DNA of 64,000 nt from a virus. Where the stretch lies: IMG/VR virus record IMGVR_UViG_3300023174_000089, positions 50,874-114,873 of that record. One strand, written 5' to 3'. Made by a program: the position numbers and the translations under genes. The first letter of the stretch is position 1. Every line of letters begins with the position of its first letter. Under the pieces are notes generated by a model. That model was not told where the DNA came from and made no database searches. It worked only from the letters and a program-made list of their open reading frames with translations. Positions 36,333 to 46,173 of this stretch are shown here, in pieces.

Positions 36333-36738
36333 TATAGTCCTTTATATGTGATTTTCTAACTCTTACCATTATCCATGTATTGTAATAGTCATCGCTTTCC
36401 ATTACACCACGGATAAACTGCTCTTTTGCTTCAAGATAACCACATTCACCTTTTGATTTACATAAATGCAGAATTTCACGAACAAATTTTTCATGTCCTA
36501 ATTCTAACACATCTTGCTGTAAATTGGCACTACTTCCGTAGTAAGTTTGCCAGTCTGATAGGACCTTTGTCCGTTTCTTCTTTCCTTTGACTTGTTTGGT
36601 TTTGGTAGAATAGAAAAATTTCTTACCTATGTATTTTTTGTCATTCGTCAGATTAGTTATCTGATACACGAACCCGTAATTATCACCAATCAAGTCTTCC
36701 GTAAAGTCTTTACCATTATACTGCCAATTTATTCCCAT
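36301..36738 (-). CDS. GIY-YIG endonuclease (endonuclease II/Seg-like)
   Basis: GFVYQITN....KYIGKK, W..YYGSS, F.REIL, YYN. Confidence 0.85.
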   Translation of the reverse strand: MGINWQYNGKDFTEDLIGDNYGFVYQITNLTNDKKYIGKKFFYSTKTKQVKGKKKRTKVLSDWQTYYGSSANLQQDVLELGHEKFVREILHLCKSKGECGYLEAKEQFIRGVMESDDYYNTWIMVRVRKSHIKDYNVRLSQATQK

Positions 36739-36917
36739 TCCTTAATGTCCAAATCATCTTCATCATCCTCTATATAGTCCTCGGATAATTCTTCGATTTG
36801 TTCACCACAAAATGGGCAGTGTTCTGGTAATTCTTGTGAAACCATTTCTTGCATGAAGGATACGTTATAAGTTGATTCACAACTCAAGCATTCACCTGAT
36901 AATGATTTATTTGTCAT
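36729..36917 (-). CDS. Zinc-ribbon protein
   Basis: CLSC...CPFCG, acidic tail. Confidence 0.75.
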   Translation of the reverse strand: MTNKSLSGECLSCESTYNVSFMQEMVSQELPEHCPFCGEQIEELSEDYIEDDEDDLDIKEWE

Positions 36918-36926
36918 TTAAATTCC

Positions 36927-37913
36927 TTAATGGGCCCAAACATCTCCCCAATTTCCTGACAAAGCTCCTTTTGCATAATCAGTAGCACGATTTTCAAAGA
37001 AATTGGTGTGTGTTGGTGCGTTAATCATTTCTTCTACCCAAGGTAGAGGATTCTTTTTCACTTTAAACACACCTTTGAGTCCCAATGAAATCAACCGGCG
37101 GTCTGCAATATAACGAATATACTTCTTAACATCTTCTGCTGATAGTCCTTCCATTTGATTCACACCAAATGCTAGGTCAATAAATTTATCTTCTAATAAA
37201 ACCATTCTCTCAGCAATCGTGTAGATTTTTCCTTTGAGTTCATCATTCCAAATCTCACGGTTTTCTTCTATGTATGTTCTAAACAATTTAATCATAGATT
37301 CTGCGTGTTGGGTTTCATCAACGATTGACCATGTAATGATTTGTCCCATACCTTTCATTTTGCCATGACGAGCAAAGTTCAATAACATAATAAATGAACT
37401 GAATAATTGCATGCCTTCGGTAAAAGCGGAGAACACAGCAATATGGGTGGCAGTATTCTCTCTTGTGGTATTCTTACTGGAGATATCCATAATGTAGTCA
37501 TGTTTCTCACGCATCGCTTCATACTCTAGGAACTCATTATAGGTGGTTTCAGGTAGACCTAGTGTTTCGATAAGGTGTGAGTAGGCTGCGATATGTAACG
37601 CCTCTCTGGCAGCGAATCCAGTCAGCATCATACGAATCTCTGGCTGTGGAAAGTATGGTAAATAATTCTTAACATAACCACCAGCCACATCAATATCACC
37701 TTGTGTAAAGAAACGGAAGATTTGTGTTAGAAATGTTTTTTCTTCTTTAGATAATTTTTTCTTCCAATCCTTTACATCTTCGGCCATAGGAACTTCGGTA
37801 TGTAACCAATGAGATTGTTCATGTTTCAGCCAAGCTTCATAGGCCCAAGGATAGTTAAAAGGTTTGAAATAATTACGTTCTTCCGAAAGATTTGATTCTA
37901 CTTTTTTTATCAT
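36927..37913 (-). CDS. nrdB: Ribonucleotide reductase class I beta subunit
   Basis: KPF.YPW, FFTQGD, REALH..AY, EGMQLFSSF, DETQH, NFFE.R...Y. Confidence 0.97.
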   Translation of the reverse strand: MIKKVESNLSEERNYFKPFNYPWAYEAWLKHEQSHWLHTEVPMAEDVKDWKKKLSKEEKTFLTQIFRFFTQGDIDVAGGYVKNYLPYFPQPEIRMMLTGFAAREALHIAAYSHLIETLGLPETTYNEFLEYEAMREKHDYIMDISSKNTTRENTATHIAVFSAFTEGMQLFSSFIMLLNFARHGKMKGMGQIITWSIVDETQHAESMIKLFRTYIEENREIWNDELKGKIYTIAERMVLLEDKFIDLAFGVNQMEGLSAEDVKKYIRYIADRRLISLGLKGVFKVKKNPLPWVEEMINAPTHTNFFENRATDYAKGALSGNWGDVWAH

Positions 37914-37930
37914 TATTGTTTTTCCTTAAA

Positions 37931-39739
37931 TTAACCTTCGCAAGCGATACAATCATTACCTTGTGCAATAGCACTCATATCCAATTCTTTAATCACTTCT
38001 CTTTCAATTTTTTTGGCAACTTTATCTGCTTTACCAATTTTTTCAGAACGACAATAATACAAAGTTTTCAATCCTTTTTTCCATGCCATGAAATGAATGG
38101 CATGAATATATTTAATGTGTGCATCTGGTCTAAAGAACAGATTGAGTGATTGTGCTTGGTCGATATACTGTTGTCTATCAGCAGCTAAATCAATTACCCA
38201 ACGTTGATCGATTTCCATAGAAGTTTTAAACACATCCTTTTCTGCTTCATTAAGTATATCTAAATGTTGAACAGAACCATCATTAGCAATAATTGACGAC
38301 CAAATATCATTATAATCTTCCGTGGCCAGTGCACCACTTTCGTCAGCCAATTTGTTTTGAATGAGTTGGTCTAACCATTTATTTTTATTTAAGTAAGCAC
38401 CAGATAATGTATCTTGCCGATAAGCATTAGCACGGTATGGTTCAACACTAGGTGATGTATTACCCATAATGATAGAGCTACTAGCATTAGGAGCGATAGC
38501 CATAACATGACTAAACCTGCGGCCGGTGCCTTTTGCATCTGGTGCTTCACCACGTTCTTTGCCCAATTGTAAATTCGCTTCATCTAGTCCTTCTTTGATA
38601 TGTTTGAACATTCTATTGTTTGCAACTTTGGCCATCACTCCTTCAAAAGCAATACCATTACGCTGTAGATAAGCATGGAACCCAAGAGCACCGATACCGA
38701 TAGAACGTTCTCTTTCGGCACTATATCTTGCACGAGCGATAGCATCAGGAGCATTAGTGATGAAGTAACTGAGGACGTTATCAAGCATTTCGGCAACGTC
38801 TTTGAGAAATAATGGGTCAGATTTCCATTCATCATAGTTCTCCAAGTTTAATGAAGATAGACAACATACGGCTGTGCGTTCTTCGTTTGTGGGCAAAATA
38901 ATTTCAGAGCAAAGATTTGACTGATGAATCTTCAAACCTTTATCTTTGAGAAATTGTGGTAAGTGTTTATTACTCGTATCAATGAAGTGAATATATGGTT
39001 CACCTGTATGCATACGCAATTCTAAAATTTGTTGCCAAAGATGCTTTGCTGACACTACTTCACGGACTTCACCTGAGTGTGGGTCTTTTAATTCCCAATC
39101 ATCTTTTGCTTCAGGATCCAACATACAATTTTCAATGATTTGCATGAAGTCATCGGTGATGTTAATACCATGATGTAGATTTAAACAACGAACATTTGGG
39201 TCGCCTGTTGGCTTCCGCATCTCTAAGAAAGGGATAATATCTGGATGAAAAATACTGAGGTAAGCAGCATAACTGCCCCTGCGAGTGCGACCTTGCCTGT
39301 ATGCCAAAGAACTGGCGTCATAGATTTTGAGGTGAGGCATGACACCAGTAGATTTATCGTCTGCTGAACGAATACCAAAGCCAATGCCAACACCACCCCC
39401 GAGCATAGAAAGCCAATTAGTTTCTGATAGGTTATCAACTAGTCCCTCCGCAGTATCTTCAATATAGTTGAGAAAACATGATATAGGCATCCCACGCTTA
39501 CTGCGACCAAAAGAAAGAATGGGAGTAGAATAAGAGAGCCAATGCTTGCTAGAATAATCGTAAAGCCGTTGGGCATGTTCAGCATTTGAGCTGAACGCTT
39601 TTGAAACGAATGCGAATCGATGCTGTGGAGAAGTTTCATCTTCTCGCATGTATGATTCTTGTAATCTTTTAATTCCGAGCTCATCAAATAATTTATCTCT
39701 TTCTAAATCTATATTAATCCCTAGATATTCCATGTTCAC
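37931..39739 (-). CDS. nrdA: Ribonucleotide reductase class I alpha subunit (short form)
   Basis: ISCF, GGGVG, QG..RRG, SNLCSEI, VCCLSS, APNASSS, DQAQS, KTLYY, C..CEG. Confidence 0.97.
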   Translation of the reverse strand: MNMEYLGINIDLERDKLFDELGIKRLQESYMREDETSPQHRFAFVSKAFSSNAEHAQRLYDYSSKHWLSYSTPILSFGRSKRGMPISCFLNYIEDTAEGLVDNLSETNWLSMLGGGVGIGFGIRSADDKSTGVMPHLKIYDASSLAYRQGRTRRGSYAAYLSIFHPDIIPFLEMRKPTGDPNVRCLNLHHGINITDDFMQIIENCMLDPEAKDDWELKDPHSGEVREVVSAKHLWQQILELRMHTGEPYIHFIDTSNKHLPQFLKDKGLKIHQSNLCSEIILPTNEERTAVCCLSSLNLENYDEWKSDPLFLKDVAEMLDNVLSYFITNAPDAIARARYSAERERSIGIGALGFHAYLQRNGIAFEGVMAKVANNRMFKHIKEGLDEANLQLGKERGEAPDAKGTGRRFSHVMAIAPNASSSIIMGNTSPSVEPYRANAYRQDTLSGAYLNKNKWLDQLIQNKLADESGALATEDYNDIWSSIIANDGSVQHLDILNEAEKDVFKTSMEIDQRWVIDLAADRQQYIDQAQSLNLFFRPDAHIKYIHAIHFMAWKKGLKTLYYCRSEKIGKADKVAKKIEREVIKELDMSAIAQGNDCIACEG

Positions 39740-39772
39740 CTTATTGTTGTTATCGTTAATACAAATTTACTA

Positions 39773-40783
39773 CTAAATCTTTTTCCAATTCATGAATTCT
39801 ATTTTTGCTCTAAGATTTACAAAGGTATTTTTACTTATAAAATCTTGGATTTCATCTGGCGAAAAACCAGATAATATCATATCATTAATGTCCTTTTCTT
39901 CAATCATTTCTGGCCATATCACCACATTATAGTGATTATCTATCGCCTTTTCCATTTTATCTACAATTTGTTTATTACGAGGTTCGTTATCAAATATTAA
40001 AACCACTTTTGATTTATCAAACGCATCAGTAATTGATTCTAAATTTGAATCTGCTGTAGCAACAGCATTTTTAATAAACATAGAATCGATTGGGCCCTCA
40101 ACAACATATATTAATTCATCCTGGTTGGTCCTGTCAAGTCCATAAATCTTTTTATCGTTCTCGTCTACCTTTAATGTTATGTATCTGAGCTTGGATTCAC
40201 CTAATGCTCGACCTTGTATAGCGATGAGATTCTTTTCAGCATCATAGAACGGAATAACAAGGCGTTTGTCTTCCTTAATAAGCTCTTTCTCAATCCCCAA
40301 ACTTTGTATGAAGGCTGCAAAGTCTTCCGCATAGTATAATTGCGAGAGAAAGTCCTCTGGAATTTTCCTTGATTTAACATACACTTTAGCAAAATGCGCT
40401 TCTGGTAAAGAGTCGATAGACGGGAGATCCAAGGATTTTTTAAATACTGGCTTGGACGTTTTTGCTTCCTCAAATTCCGGCTTAGTATAATTGTTGTTTC
40501 CCGTTTCACCATTTTTATATCTCTCTAACTGATATTCTTTTATCAATGTTTCATCAACTTGTTTCAAAAAATTATAGAATGTAGTGGATGCACCGCAGTT
40601 ATGACACATATAAAAATAGTCATTCTTTTTGCGATAAACATAACCACGAGATTTTAATTTGTTTTTTTGTGAGTCGCCACAAAGCGGACACCTGAAATTA
40701 TAAAGGTCATCCTTTTTCTTGGTAAACCTTTGTAATTTAGGCGATACTTGTAACAGGAAAGACCTGTCAATAAAAACACTCAT
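39773..40783 (-). CDS. 61: DNA primase gp61
   Basis: RCP.CGDS, CHNCG, QGRAL, EGPIDS, DNEPRN, KDIND. Confidence 0.96.
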   Translation of the reverse strand: MSVFIDRSFLLQVSPKLQRFTKKKDDLYNFRCPLCGDSQKNKLKSRGYVYRKKNDYFYMCHNCGASTTFYNFLKQVDETLIKEYQLERYKNGETGNNNYTKPEFEEAKTSKPVFKKSLDLPSIDSLPEAHFAKVYVKSRKIPEDFLSQLYYAEDFAAFIQSLGIEKELIKEDKRLVIPFYDAEKNLIAIQGRALGESKLRYITLKVDENDKKIYGLDRTNQDELIYVVEGPIDSMFIKNAVATADSNLESITDAFDKSKVVLIFDNEPRNKQIVDKMEKAIDNHYNVVIWPEMIEEKDINDMILSGFSPDEIQDFISKNTFVNLRAKIEFMNWKKI

Positions 40784-40798
40784 AATATAAAAACCAAT

Positions 40799-41221
40799 TT
40801 ATTTAATAAACTTACTTATTGTATCAGGATTAACATGTGAAATCAACCATGAAATAGCAATAATACCACCGGCAACCATCCATTTCCATTTCAGTAAGGC
40901 ATCTAAAGCATCTTTTTCTTGTTTATTGTGTTCAGTCATATCATTTCTTAATGACTTAAATTCATTCATAATTTCTTTATTGGAAGCTTCCATTTTATCA
41001 AGAACAGTATCAATACGTTGATGTATCTCTTTAATATCAGCCTCCGTTTCTAACCTGCGATTGTCCATATCTGTGTATACCTTTGCAATATGCCGGTCGT
41101 GTTGGTCGACCAACTTTTCTATAACCTGGTCCATTTTATTACAAAGTGCAGATAAAGTCAATACCTGTGTCTTTAAAACACCAATATCAACTTTAATGTC
41201 GGTATCGTCAAACTCTGCCAT
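40799..41221 (-). CDS. Coiled-coil protein with C-terminal TM segment
   Basis: Heptad pattern, WKWMVAGG then a hydrophobic tail. Confidence 0.65.
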   Translation of the reverse strand: MAEFDDTDIKVDIGVLKTQVLTLSALCNKMDQVIEKLVDQHDRHIAKVYTDMDNRRLETEADIKEIHQRIDTVLDKMEASNKEIMNEFKSLRNDMTEHNKQEKDALDALLKWKWMVAGGIIAISWLISHVNPDTISKFIK

Positions 41222-41413
41222 TTATTTTTTCTCTGGTACTGGTGTGCCTTCTAACTTCTTATGCACCTTGATTTCTTTGCAAACTTCTTTTTCTTTACCA
41301 GTTTTTGAGTCTTTTTGTGTTACACAAGCTTTCTTGGTTTCGGCAGCGTAAGTAATTTGATATCCAACCAAAGACCAAATTACAATATTAAATGCAATTA
41401 AAAACTTTTTCAT
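41222..41413 (-). CDS. Small secreted Lys-rich protein with two Cys
   Basis: Signal peptide; KKAC...KEVCK. Confidence 0.65.
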   Translation of the reverse strand: MKKFLIAFNIVIWSLVGYQITYAAETKKACVTQKDSKTGKEKEVCKEIKVHKKLEGTPVPEKK

Positions 41414-41631
41414 TTTTCTTCCTTTTTAGCAAATTTTTCTGAGGCGGTAAATCCTAATCCTGCGATTACGAGATATATCATCGAATCAAATAATGAAGGT
41501 GTTACTTTATAACCAAATATATCGGCAACAAGTGCAAAACCACATATTAAAAATGCCAAAAATGTTATAACTCTTTTGCTACTGACTGAACCATTTTGTC
41601 CATCAGAAAGCATACTGTTTAACCAATTCAT
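41410..41631 (-). CDS. Holin-like 2-TM protein
   Basis: SSKR motif, two TM segments, charged tail; lysis-cluster position. Confidence 0.55.
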   Translation of the reverse strand: MNWLNSMLSDGQNGSVSSKRVITFLAFLICGFALVADIFGYKVTPSLFDSMIYLVIAGLGFTASEKFAKKEEK

Positions 41632-41634
41632 TTA

Positions 41635-42120
41635 TTAAATCTCCGGCTGAGGTGGTTGAACTGGTGCAGGTTTACCACCAAATCCTGTTACAACTGCTGG
41701 TGTAAATGGCGATGGTGCAGGTGCCGATGTAACAAAAGCAGGCGTTGTCACACCACCAAAACTTGGTGTAGATGGTGTTGTTGGTGCAGGCGACACTGTT
41801 GTTGTTCTATTGGCCAATTCTAATGCTTTTCTCTGTGATTCTTTATCACCGCCAGCCAGCATAATACCAGACAATGTGCCTGTTAAAAATGTGGCGATAG
41901 GTACAATCAACTCAAAAAACTTTTGGTCAATTGGTGAAATGGCATTGAGTGGTTGTGTCACAAAGATTAGTGAGTATAACACAACAAATACGATACCAAA
42001 CAATGTAAGTGATAAACAGATACCAATGAAGAACTTCAGACGAGCCATTAACTGCTCTTCTGTATACATGAAGTCTGGTTCTGGTTGTTTTGGTTCTTTA
42101 TTAAATAAATTCATTTGCAA
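41635..42120 (-). CDS. 2-TM membrane protein with Pro/Thr-rich tail
   Basis: Two TM segments around QP....PID..F; PIATFLTG.LSGIML. Confidence 0.65.
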   Translation of the reverse strand: MQMNLFNKEPKQPEPDFMYTEEQLMARLKFFIGICLSLTLFGIVFVVLYSLIFVTQPLNAISPIDQKFFELIVPIATFLTGTLSGIMLAGGDKESQRKALELANRTTTVSPAPTTPSTPSFGGVTTPAFVTSAPAPSPFTPAVVTGFGGKPAPVQPPQPEI

Positions 42121-42383
42121 TTCGCTCCTGTTACTGGTACTGATGGTATATTTTGTGCAAGAGGTTTATTTCCTCCTGGTCCCAAACGTGGGTCATTTTG
42201 GCCTTTGAAGATATGTTCTGGACAAGTTCTAGTTACATCACAATATGGCAGTTTACACATATCTTTATCCCAATTTGCTGGGTCTTGGCAAGGATAACGG
42301 AATCGGTCACCACTAAAATAAGCCAATGTTAAAGGCAATAACAATATAAACAAAATCCACTTTAATAACTTCTTGTCATTCAT
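42111..42383 (-). CDS. Membrane-anchored Cys-containing protein
   Basis: DRFRYPCQDP.NW....C..P.C.....CP. Confidence 0.65.
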   Translation of the reverse strand: MNDKKLLKWILFILLLPLTLAYFSGDRFRYPCQDPANWDKDMCKLPYCDVTRTCPEHIFKGQNDPRLGPGGNKPLAQNIPSVPVTGANCK

Positions 42384-43009
42384 TAATGAACTCCCAATAC
42401 ATGAAGTGCGTGTTCATAATGTTTAATTCTATCTTCAAGTCCAATGATACCACCATTGATACGCTTTGTTAATGTTAGTATGTCGCCTTTGTCAGCCCAT
42501 TGGTTGAGATTGTTTGTTTCCCAAAACCAGCAAGCAGATTGAGCTGCACCTTCAAATGTTTGTAGATATTCGGATGCTTGTTCGACAGGTATTTCAATTG
42601 AGGCAGCAAACCAAGAATAGTTCTCTTTACCTGTCAATTGAATTAGACCACGGCCACAATATCTGAAACCATCACCAGAGGCCTCATCGCCATTACCCAT
42701 ACGATTAGCATAGATACGATTTGCGATTGCTTCTTGTTTGTTTGGTTTGTTTGCATACTCATTTGCCAACTCATCTGTTGGAAAATACTTAGCAAATAGT
42801 TTGCGTAATGTAGCTGCCTTGTAATTTAAATTTTCTTTGAGAAATACAAAATTACCAGATTCATGAGCGCACTGTGCTATGAAAGCTGCAATACGTTGTG
42901 GTGTGTTAATACCGTAGTCAGGTAACAATTGTGCCAAGGCATTGTGCCATTGGTCAATGTATGGATTTTTTGGAAGCAGTTGCTTCAGTTGTTCTTTTGT
43001 TAGTTCCAT
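42383..43009 (-). CDS. Glycoside hydrolase family 19 endolysin
   Basis: AAFIAQCAHES, ENLNY, YANRMGNG, GRGLIQLTG, TKRINGG..GL.DR. Confidence 0.93.
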   Translation of the reverse strand: MELTKEQLKQLLPKNPYIDQWHNALAQLLPDYGINTPQRIAAFIAQCAHESGNFVFLKENLNYKAATLRKLFAKYFPTDELANEYANKPNKQEAIANRIYANRMGNGDEASGDGFRYCGRGLIQLTGKENYSWFAASIEIPVEQASEYLQTFEGAAQSACWFWETNNLNQWADKGDILTLTKRINGGIIGLEDRIKHYEHALHVLGVH

Positions 43010-43122
43010 TATTTTTTAATCATTCCTAAAACTTTTGCTTTGATTGCTTTGGCCCAAAATGGTTCTGGAAAATGCCAGCCAACAAATGCGCCTACTAAAA
43101 TCCAAAATAGTGTATCTACCAT
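43009..43122 (-). CDS. 37-aa membrane protein (not in ORF track)
   Basis: MVDTLFWILVGAFVGWHFPEPFWAKAIKAKVLGMIKK*; AGGAG RBS; TAATG coupling to the endolysin. Confidence 0.65.
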   Translation of the reverse strand: MVDTLFWILVGAFVGWHFPEPFWAKAIKAKVLGMIKK

Positions 43123-43132
43123 CTTTTTCTCC

Positions 43133-43339
43133 TTATACAGCCATCTTTGCAACAGAAATTGCTGCATTGATCATTGTGTTTAATTGTTCTTTGAGTGCTA
43201 AACCTTCAGCATCATCATTAATGCCTTCCATTATATTAATACCTTGTACCAATTGAACATATTCTTCTTTACTGATTTGGCCTTCAGCCCACATCTTATT
43301 ATACTCTATAATCAAAGCATTTAATTGTTCTGGATTCAT
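43133..43339 (-). CDS. Hypothetical protein
   Basis: Operon packing. Confidence 0.55.
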   Translation of the reverse strand: MNPEQLNALIIEYNKMWAEGQISKEEYVQLVQGINIMEGINDDAEGLALKEQLNTMINAAISVAKMAV

Positions 43340-43740
43340 CTCGGTTTGCTCCCTAAAACATGTTGAATGGTATCAGCAGATTTTTCTATTTGTTGTAACT
43401 TTGCTTTACAAAATACAGGTGAAATTTTTTCTGCCTTATTAAAATAATCTCTTGTATCCTTTGTTAATGTCAATAACTTAGTTGACATATTATCCGTATC
43501 TTTATTTCGTGGTATATGAGTTGTAAAGTTTTTAAATTCTAATGCTTTAATATACAATTCATTTACCTGTGTAACCACCAATAATTGATTGTTACAATTT
43601 TCTTCAGCAACCTGTGCCTTTGTCTTAATATCATTTACAATAAAGTATTCATTGGTATCATACTTGGCCATAAAATAGGCATCAAATAACGTGCAACCAC
43701 CCAAAGATAAAACAAATATTAAAGGTAATAACCTTTTCAT
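43336..43740 (-). CDS. Putative lipoprotein
   Basis: LGGC lipobox. Confidence 0.7.
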   Translation of the reverse strand: MKRLLPLIFVLSLGGCTLFDAYFMAKYDTNEYFIVNDIKTKAQVAEENCNNQLLVVTQVNELYIKALEFKNFTTHIPRNKDTDNMSTKLLTLTKDTRDYFNKAEKISPVFCKAKLQQIEKSADTIQHVLGSKPR

Positions 43741-44175
43741 TTAATTGCACCAACTTTGTTTTGCTTCACCAAAATATTCACGAGCATAACCATTTTTAAT
43801 TAACATGGTGCGTAATGATTGGCCATTTAGTATGATATCACCCAAGACACGGCCACCAAATTTATCCCACCCATACAACACAACTTGGCGCTGATTGGAA
43901 GCGGATACTGCTTTTTTTGTAAATTCTGTTGCTGCTTGTCCTCTGGCATCTTCTGAAGGACATTGGGCTCTGAATCCTTTTTCTGGAGTATCCACACCGA
44001 ATACTCTAACGGCAAGTTCGGGTTTAAGTGGTGCCGGTAAAAAGGGAGCCGCTATGACTACAGTATCACCATCATTAACACGAATGATCTGAGCGTCATA
44101 GGTTACACCTTGTGGAGTTTTCTGTGCAAATGCCACCAAAGGTAAAATCAATAAAACAGTTAATAATTTTTTCAT
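43741..44175 (-). CDS. Secreted thermonuclease (SNase family)
   Basis: Signal peptide ending AFA; DGDT, VR..GVDTPE, DKFGGR.LG, L...GYA. Confidence 0.88.
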   Translation of the reverse strand: MKKLLTVLLILPLVAFAQKTPQGVTYDAQIIRVNDGDTVVIAAPFLPAPLKPELAVRVFGVDTPEKGFRAQCPSEDARGQAATEFTKKAVSASNQRQVVLYGWDKFGGRVLGDIILNGQSLRTMLIKNGYAREYFGEAKQSWCN

Positions 44176-44465
44176 TTTACACTTTCAGATATTTGTTTCT
44201 GTTGTTTGTACCACAACTGCCAAGCATTATATCTATCCTGTAGTTCATAATACAATCCGTAATTCTCATTAGCATTTTCTAATAAATCGGCTAATGTCTT
44301 TTTATCTTTACTTAGAGGCTTTAGAACCGGAGCGGGCTCCATTAGCACTTGAGGAGCTTCTGGAAACTTTTGGCTCAACGGCACGGTTGTAGAGCACCCA
44401 AGCATCATCAGACAGCTTACACTCAGCGTTAATAGCTTCCCTTTTCGCTTCAATATCTTTAGCAT
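44172..44465 (-). CDS. o-spanin (Rz1-like lipoprotein)
   Basis: MLGC lipobox, Pro-rich (FP.AP..LM.P.P); overlaps the i-spanin. Confidence 0.75.
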   Translation of the reverse strand: MLKILKRKGKLLTLSVSCLMMLGCSTTVPLSQKFPEAPQVLMEPAPVLKPLSKDKKTLADLLENANENYGLYYELQDRYNAWQLWYKQQKQISESVK

Positions 44466-44802
44466 TCCTATTCACCTTCTCTCTAATCAATTCCTTATTT
44501 TTACCAACTTCAACAGTTAATTTTTCATTCAGTTTAGCAGACTTAACTTCTGCTTCTTTTATCTTTGCTTGCATTTCGGCTATTCTAGCACGATATGACA
44601 TTTCTACGCCATAACCACCTTCAAAATACACACCAATTAATAATAACACTATACCAACTTGTCTGCCAACTAAAGCATATGGTTGAATCACAGGTATAAA
44701 TTTAACAAGTGATCCTATAAATGTTAATACAAGTCCGAGTATAACCAGACCATGTATTGCCCATTGTAAAATCCAATCAGGTATGAATGACAAAAACCAC
44801 AT
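44308..44802 (-). CDS. i-spanin (Rz-like)
   Basis: N-terminal TM segments, coiled coil, C-terminal Cys; 3' overlap with the lipoprotein gene. Confidence 0.75.
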   Translation of the reverse strand: MWFLSFIPDWILQWAIHGLVILGLVLTFIGSLVKFIPVIQPYALVGRQVGIVLLLIGVYFEGGYGVEMSYRARIAEMQAKIKEAEVKSAKLNEKLTVEVGKNKELIREKVNRNAKDIEAKREAINAECKLSDDAWVLYNRAVEPKVSRSSSSANGARSGSKASK

Positions 44803-44804
44803 TT

Positions 44805-45431
44805 TTAAGCCTTAGGTTGTTTTCTCCGAATCGACATTAAGATTGGAGTTTTTTTCTTTTTCATGTGAACACCTGGTTCACCATCTTTACCTACACCAAT
44901 ACCAGCAATTGCACCACCTCCGGCAACATTAGCAATACCATCTTCATTTATCTCTTTGCGGCGTTCAGCATTACTTTTAACGTTGGGTGCATCGGGATTT
45001 TTATAAGGCGTTTTTCTAAAGCCTTTTGCATCATAATTTCCAGATTTTTTCTTTGCAATTGCTGTAGCAGCAGCTATGGCTGCAGCTGACCCTTCTTTAA
45101 CACAATTGGGCACCATACGGTTGCCTTTCTTTTTTAAACCAATAGCTTTGTATCCTGTCCAGCATGCTTCTGTTCGCACATTGATTGGTGCACCACGGCG
45201 TTCTGGATTTGGATCTTCTTTACGTTTTCTACGAGCAGCTGAAGCACGAGCTTCTTTGCCTATTGCATGTGCTTTAGCTTGTGGTAAGCACTTTGGTTTA
45301 CCTTCGCCTGGTTCTCTTGCACAATCACCTTTTATATTACCTTTGGTGTCCATGCGAACCCACTTTTGTTTAAACCATTTACGTAAATCTTCACCTAAGT
45401 ATTGTTTAAAAGATTGCATTAGCAATTCCAC
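44805..45431 (-). CDS. Basic modular protein, putative head-internal protein (start MQSFKQYLGE)
   Basis: CTS-like N-terminus; LRKWF..KW, KPKCLP, CW.GY...G.K.K....VPNCV modules. Confidence 0.65.
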   Translation of the reverse strand: MELLMQSFKQYLGEDLRKWFKQKWVRMDTKGNIKGDCAREPGEGKPKCLPQAKAHAIGKEARASAARRKRKEDPNPERRGAPINVRTEACWTGYKAIGLKKKGNRMVPNCVKEGSAAAIAAATAIAKKKSGNYDAKGFRKTPYKNPDAPNVKSNAERRKEINEDGIANVAGGGAIAGIGVGKDGEPGVHMKKKKTPILMSIRRKQPKA

Positions 45432-45739
45432 TTTCTTAGTGCTTTGTTGATACGGCTATCCGGATCACGAGCTGTTTTTGCAGATGTCAAACGTTTTTTC
45501 ATACCACCCATTCTCGCACAGAATGATTTACGGCGATTAGCTGCTTTAGAACCCGGTTTTAATTTTGATGGTTTCGTTGTAACTGCCATCGATAATTTAG
45601 AACCAGGATTCTCTCTACGATAAGAAGCAATACCTTTACGATTTAGACCACCTTCTGGATCTTTACCTGCAGCACGTTGCCATGCTGGTGATTTCTCATC
45701 TAAGTATTCTTCGATTACAAACTGTTTGAATGTTTTCAT
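45419..45739 (-). CDS. Basic putative head-internal protein
   Basis: MKTFKQFVIEE; SPAWQR..GK...GGLN..G, RRKSFCARM. Confidence 0.7.
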   Translation of the reverse strand: MKTFKQFVIEEYLDEKSPAWQRAAGKDPEGGLNRKGIASYRRENPGSKLSMAVTTKPSKLKPGSKAANRRKSFCARMGGMKKRLTSAKTARDPDSRINKALRKWNC

Positions 45740-46161
45740 ATTTGTCGTAATATCTCTGCAATATTGTTATCTATGGGAATATCTCCCGTTCTTATATTTT
45801 TTCCATTGATACCATAAATCATATCAGGTAAAATATTCAAATATATTAAAAATGTTTTCAATACATCATAATCTCTGTGGTCTATTTTGTAGAATAAAAT
45901 TCTAGCTGTTGCTTCTGGACCAAAAACATTGTTTAATAAAATAATATGATTTAATATTAATCTTTCTTTTACAGATTTCGTAATTTTATATCTACGAAAT
46001 AACCGTTTTAAATATTTTATTCTTTTAATATCACTTTCAAACTCCGACATCATACACATCGGAGAGTTATAATATTTTACAGCGTATATTAAAAAATTTT
46101 CATCAGTCAAATTATCAAACATCATTAATCCTAAAGTGGGGGCCGAAGCCCCCGTATTCAA
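45736..46161 (-). CDS. Conserved T4-like hypothetical protein (true start MFDNL)
   Basis: EF..D.KR.KY.KRL..RY, ERLILNH.I.L.NVFG. Confidence 0.75.
   Translation of the reverse strand: MNTGASAPTLGLMMFDNLTDENFLIYAVKYYNSPMCMMSEFESDIKRIKYLKRLFRRYKITKSVKERLILNHIILLNNVFGPEATARILFYKIDHRDYDVLKTFLIYLNILPDMIYGINGKNIRTGDIPIDNNIAEILRQI
46133..46153 (-). terminator. UUCG-tetraloop hairpin terminator
   Basis: GGGGGC-TTCG-GCCCCC-ACTTT after the Ig-domain gene. Confidence 0.75.
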
Positions 46162-46173
46162 TAATATTAACTA

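Noticed and set aside
36927-39739. Possible introns or inteins in nrdA/nrdB next to the GIY-YIG gene
   Set aside because: Both ORFs are continuous and compact; the endonuclease gene is free-standing.
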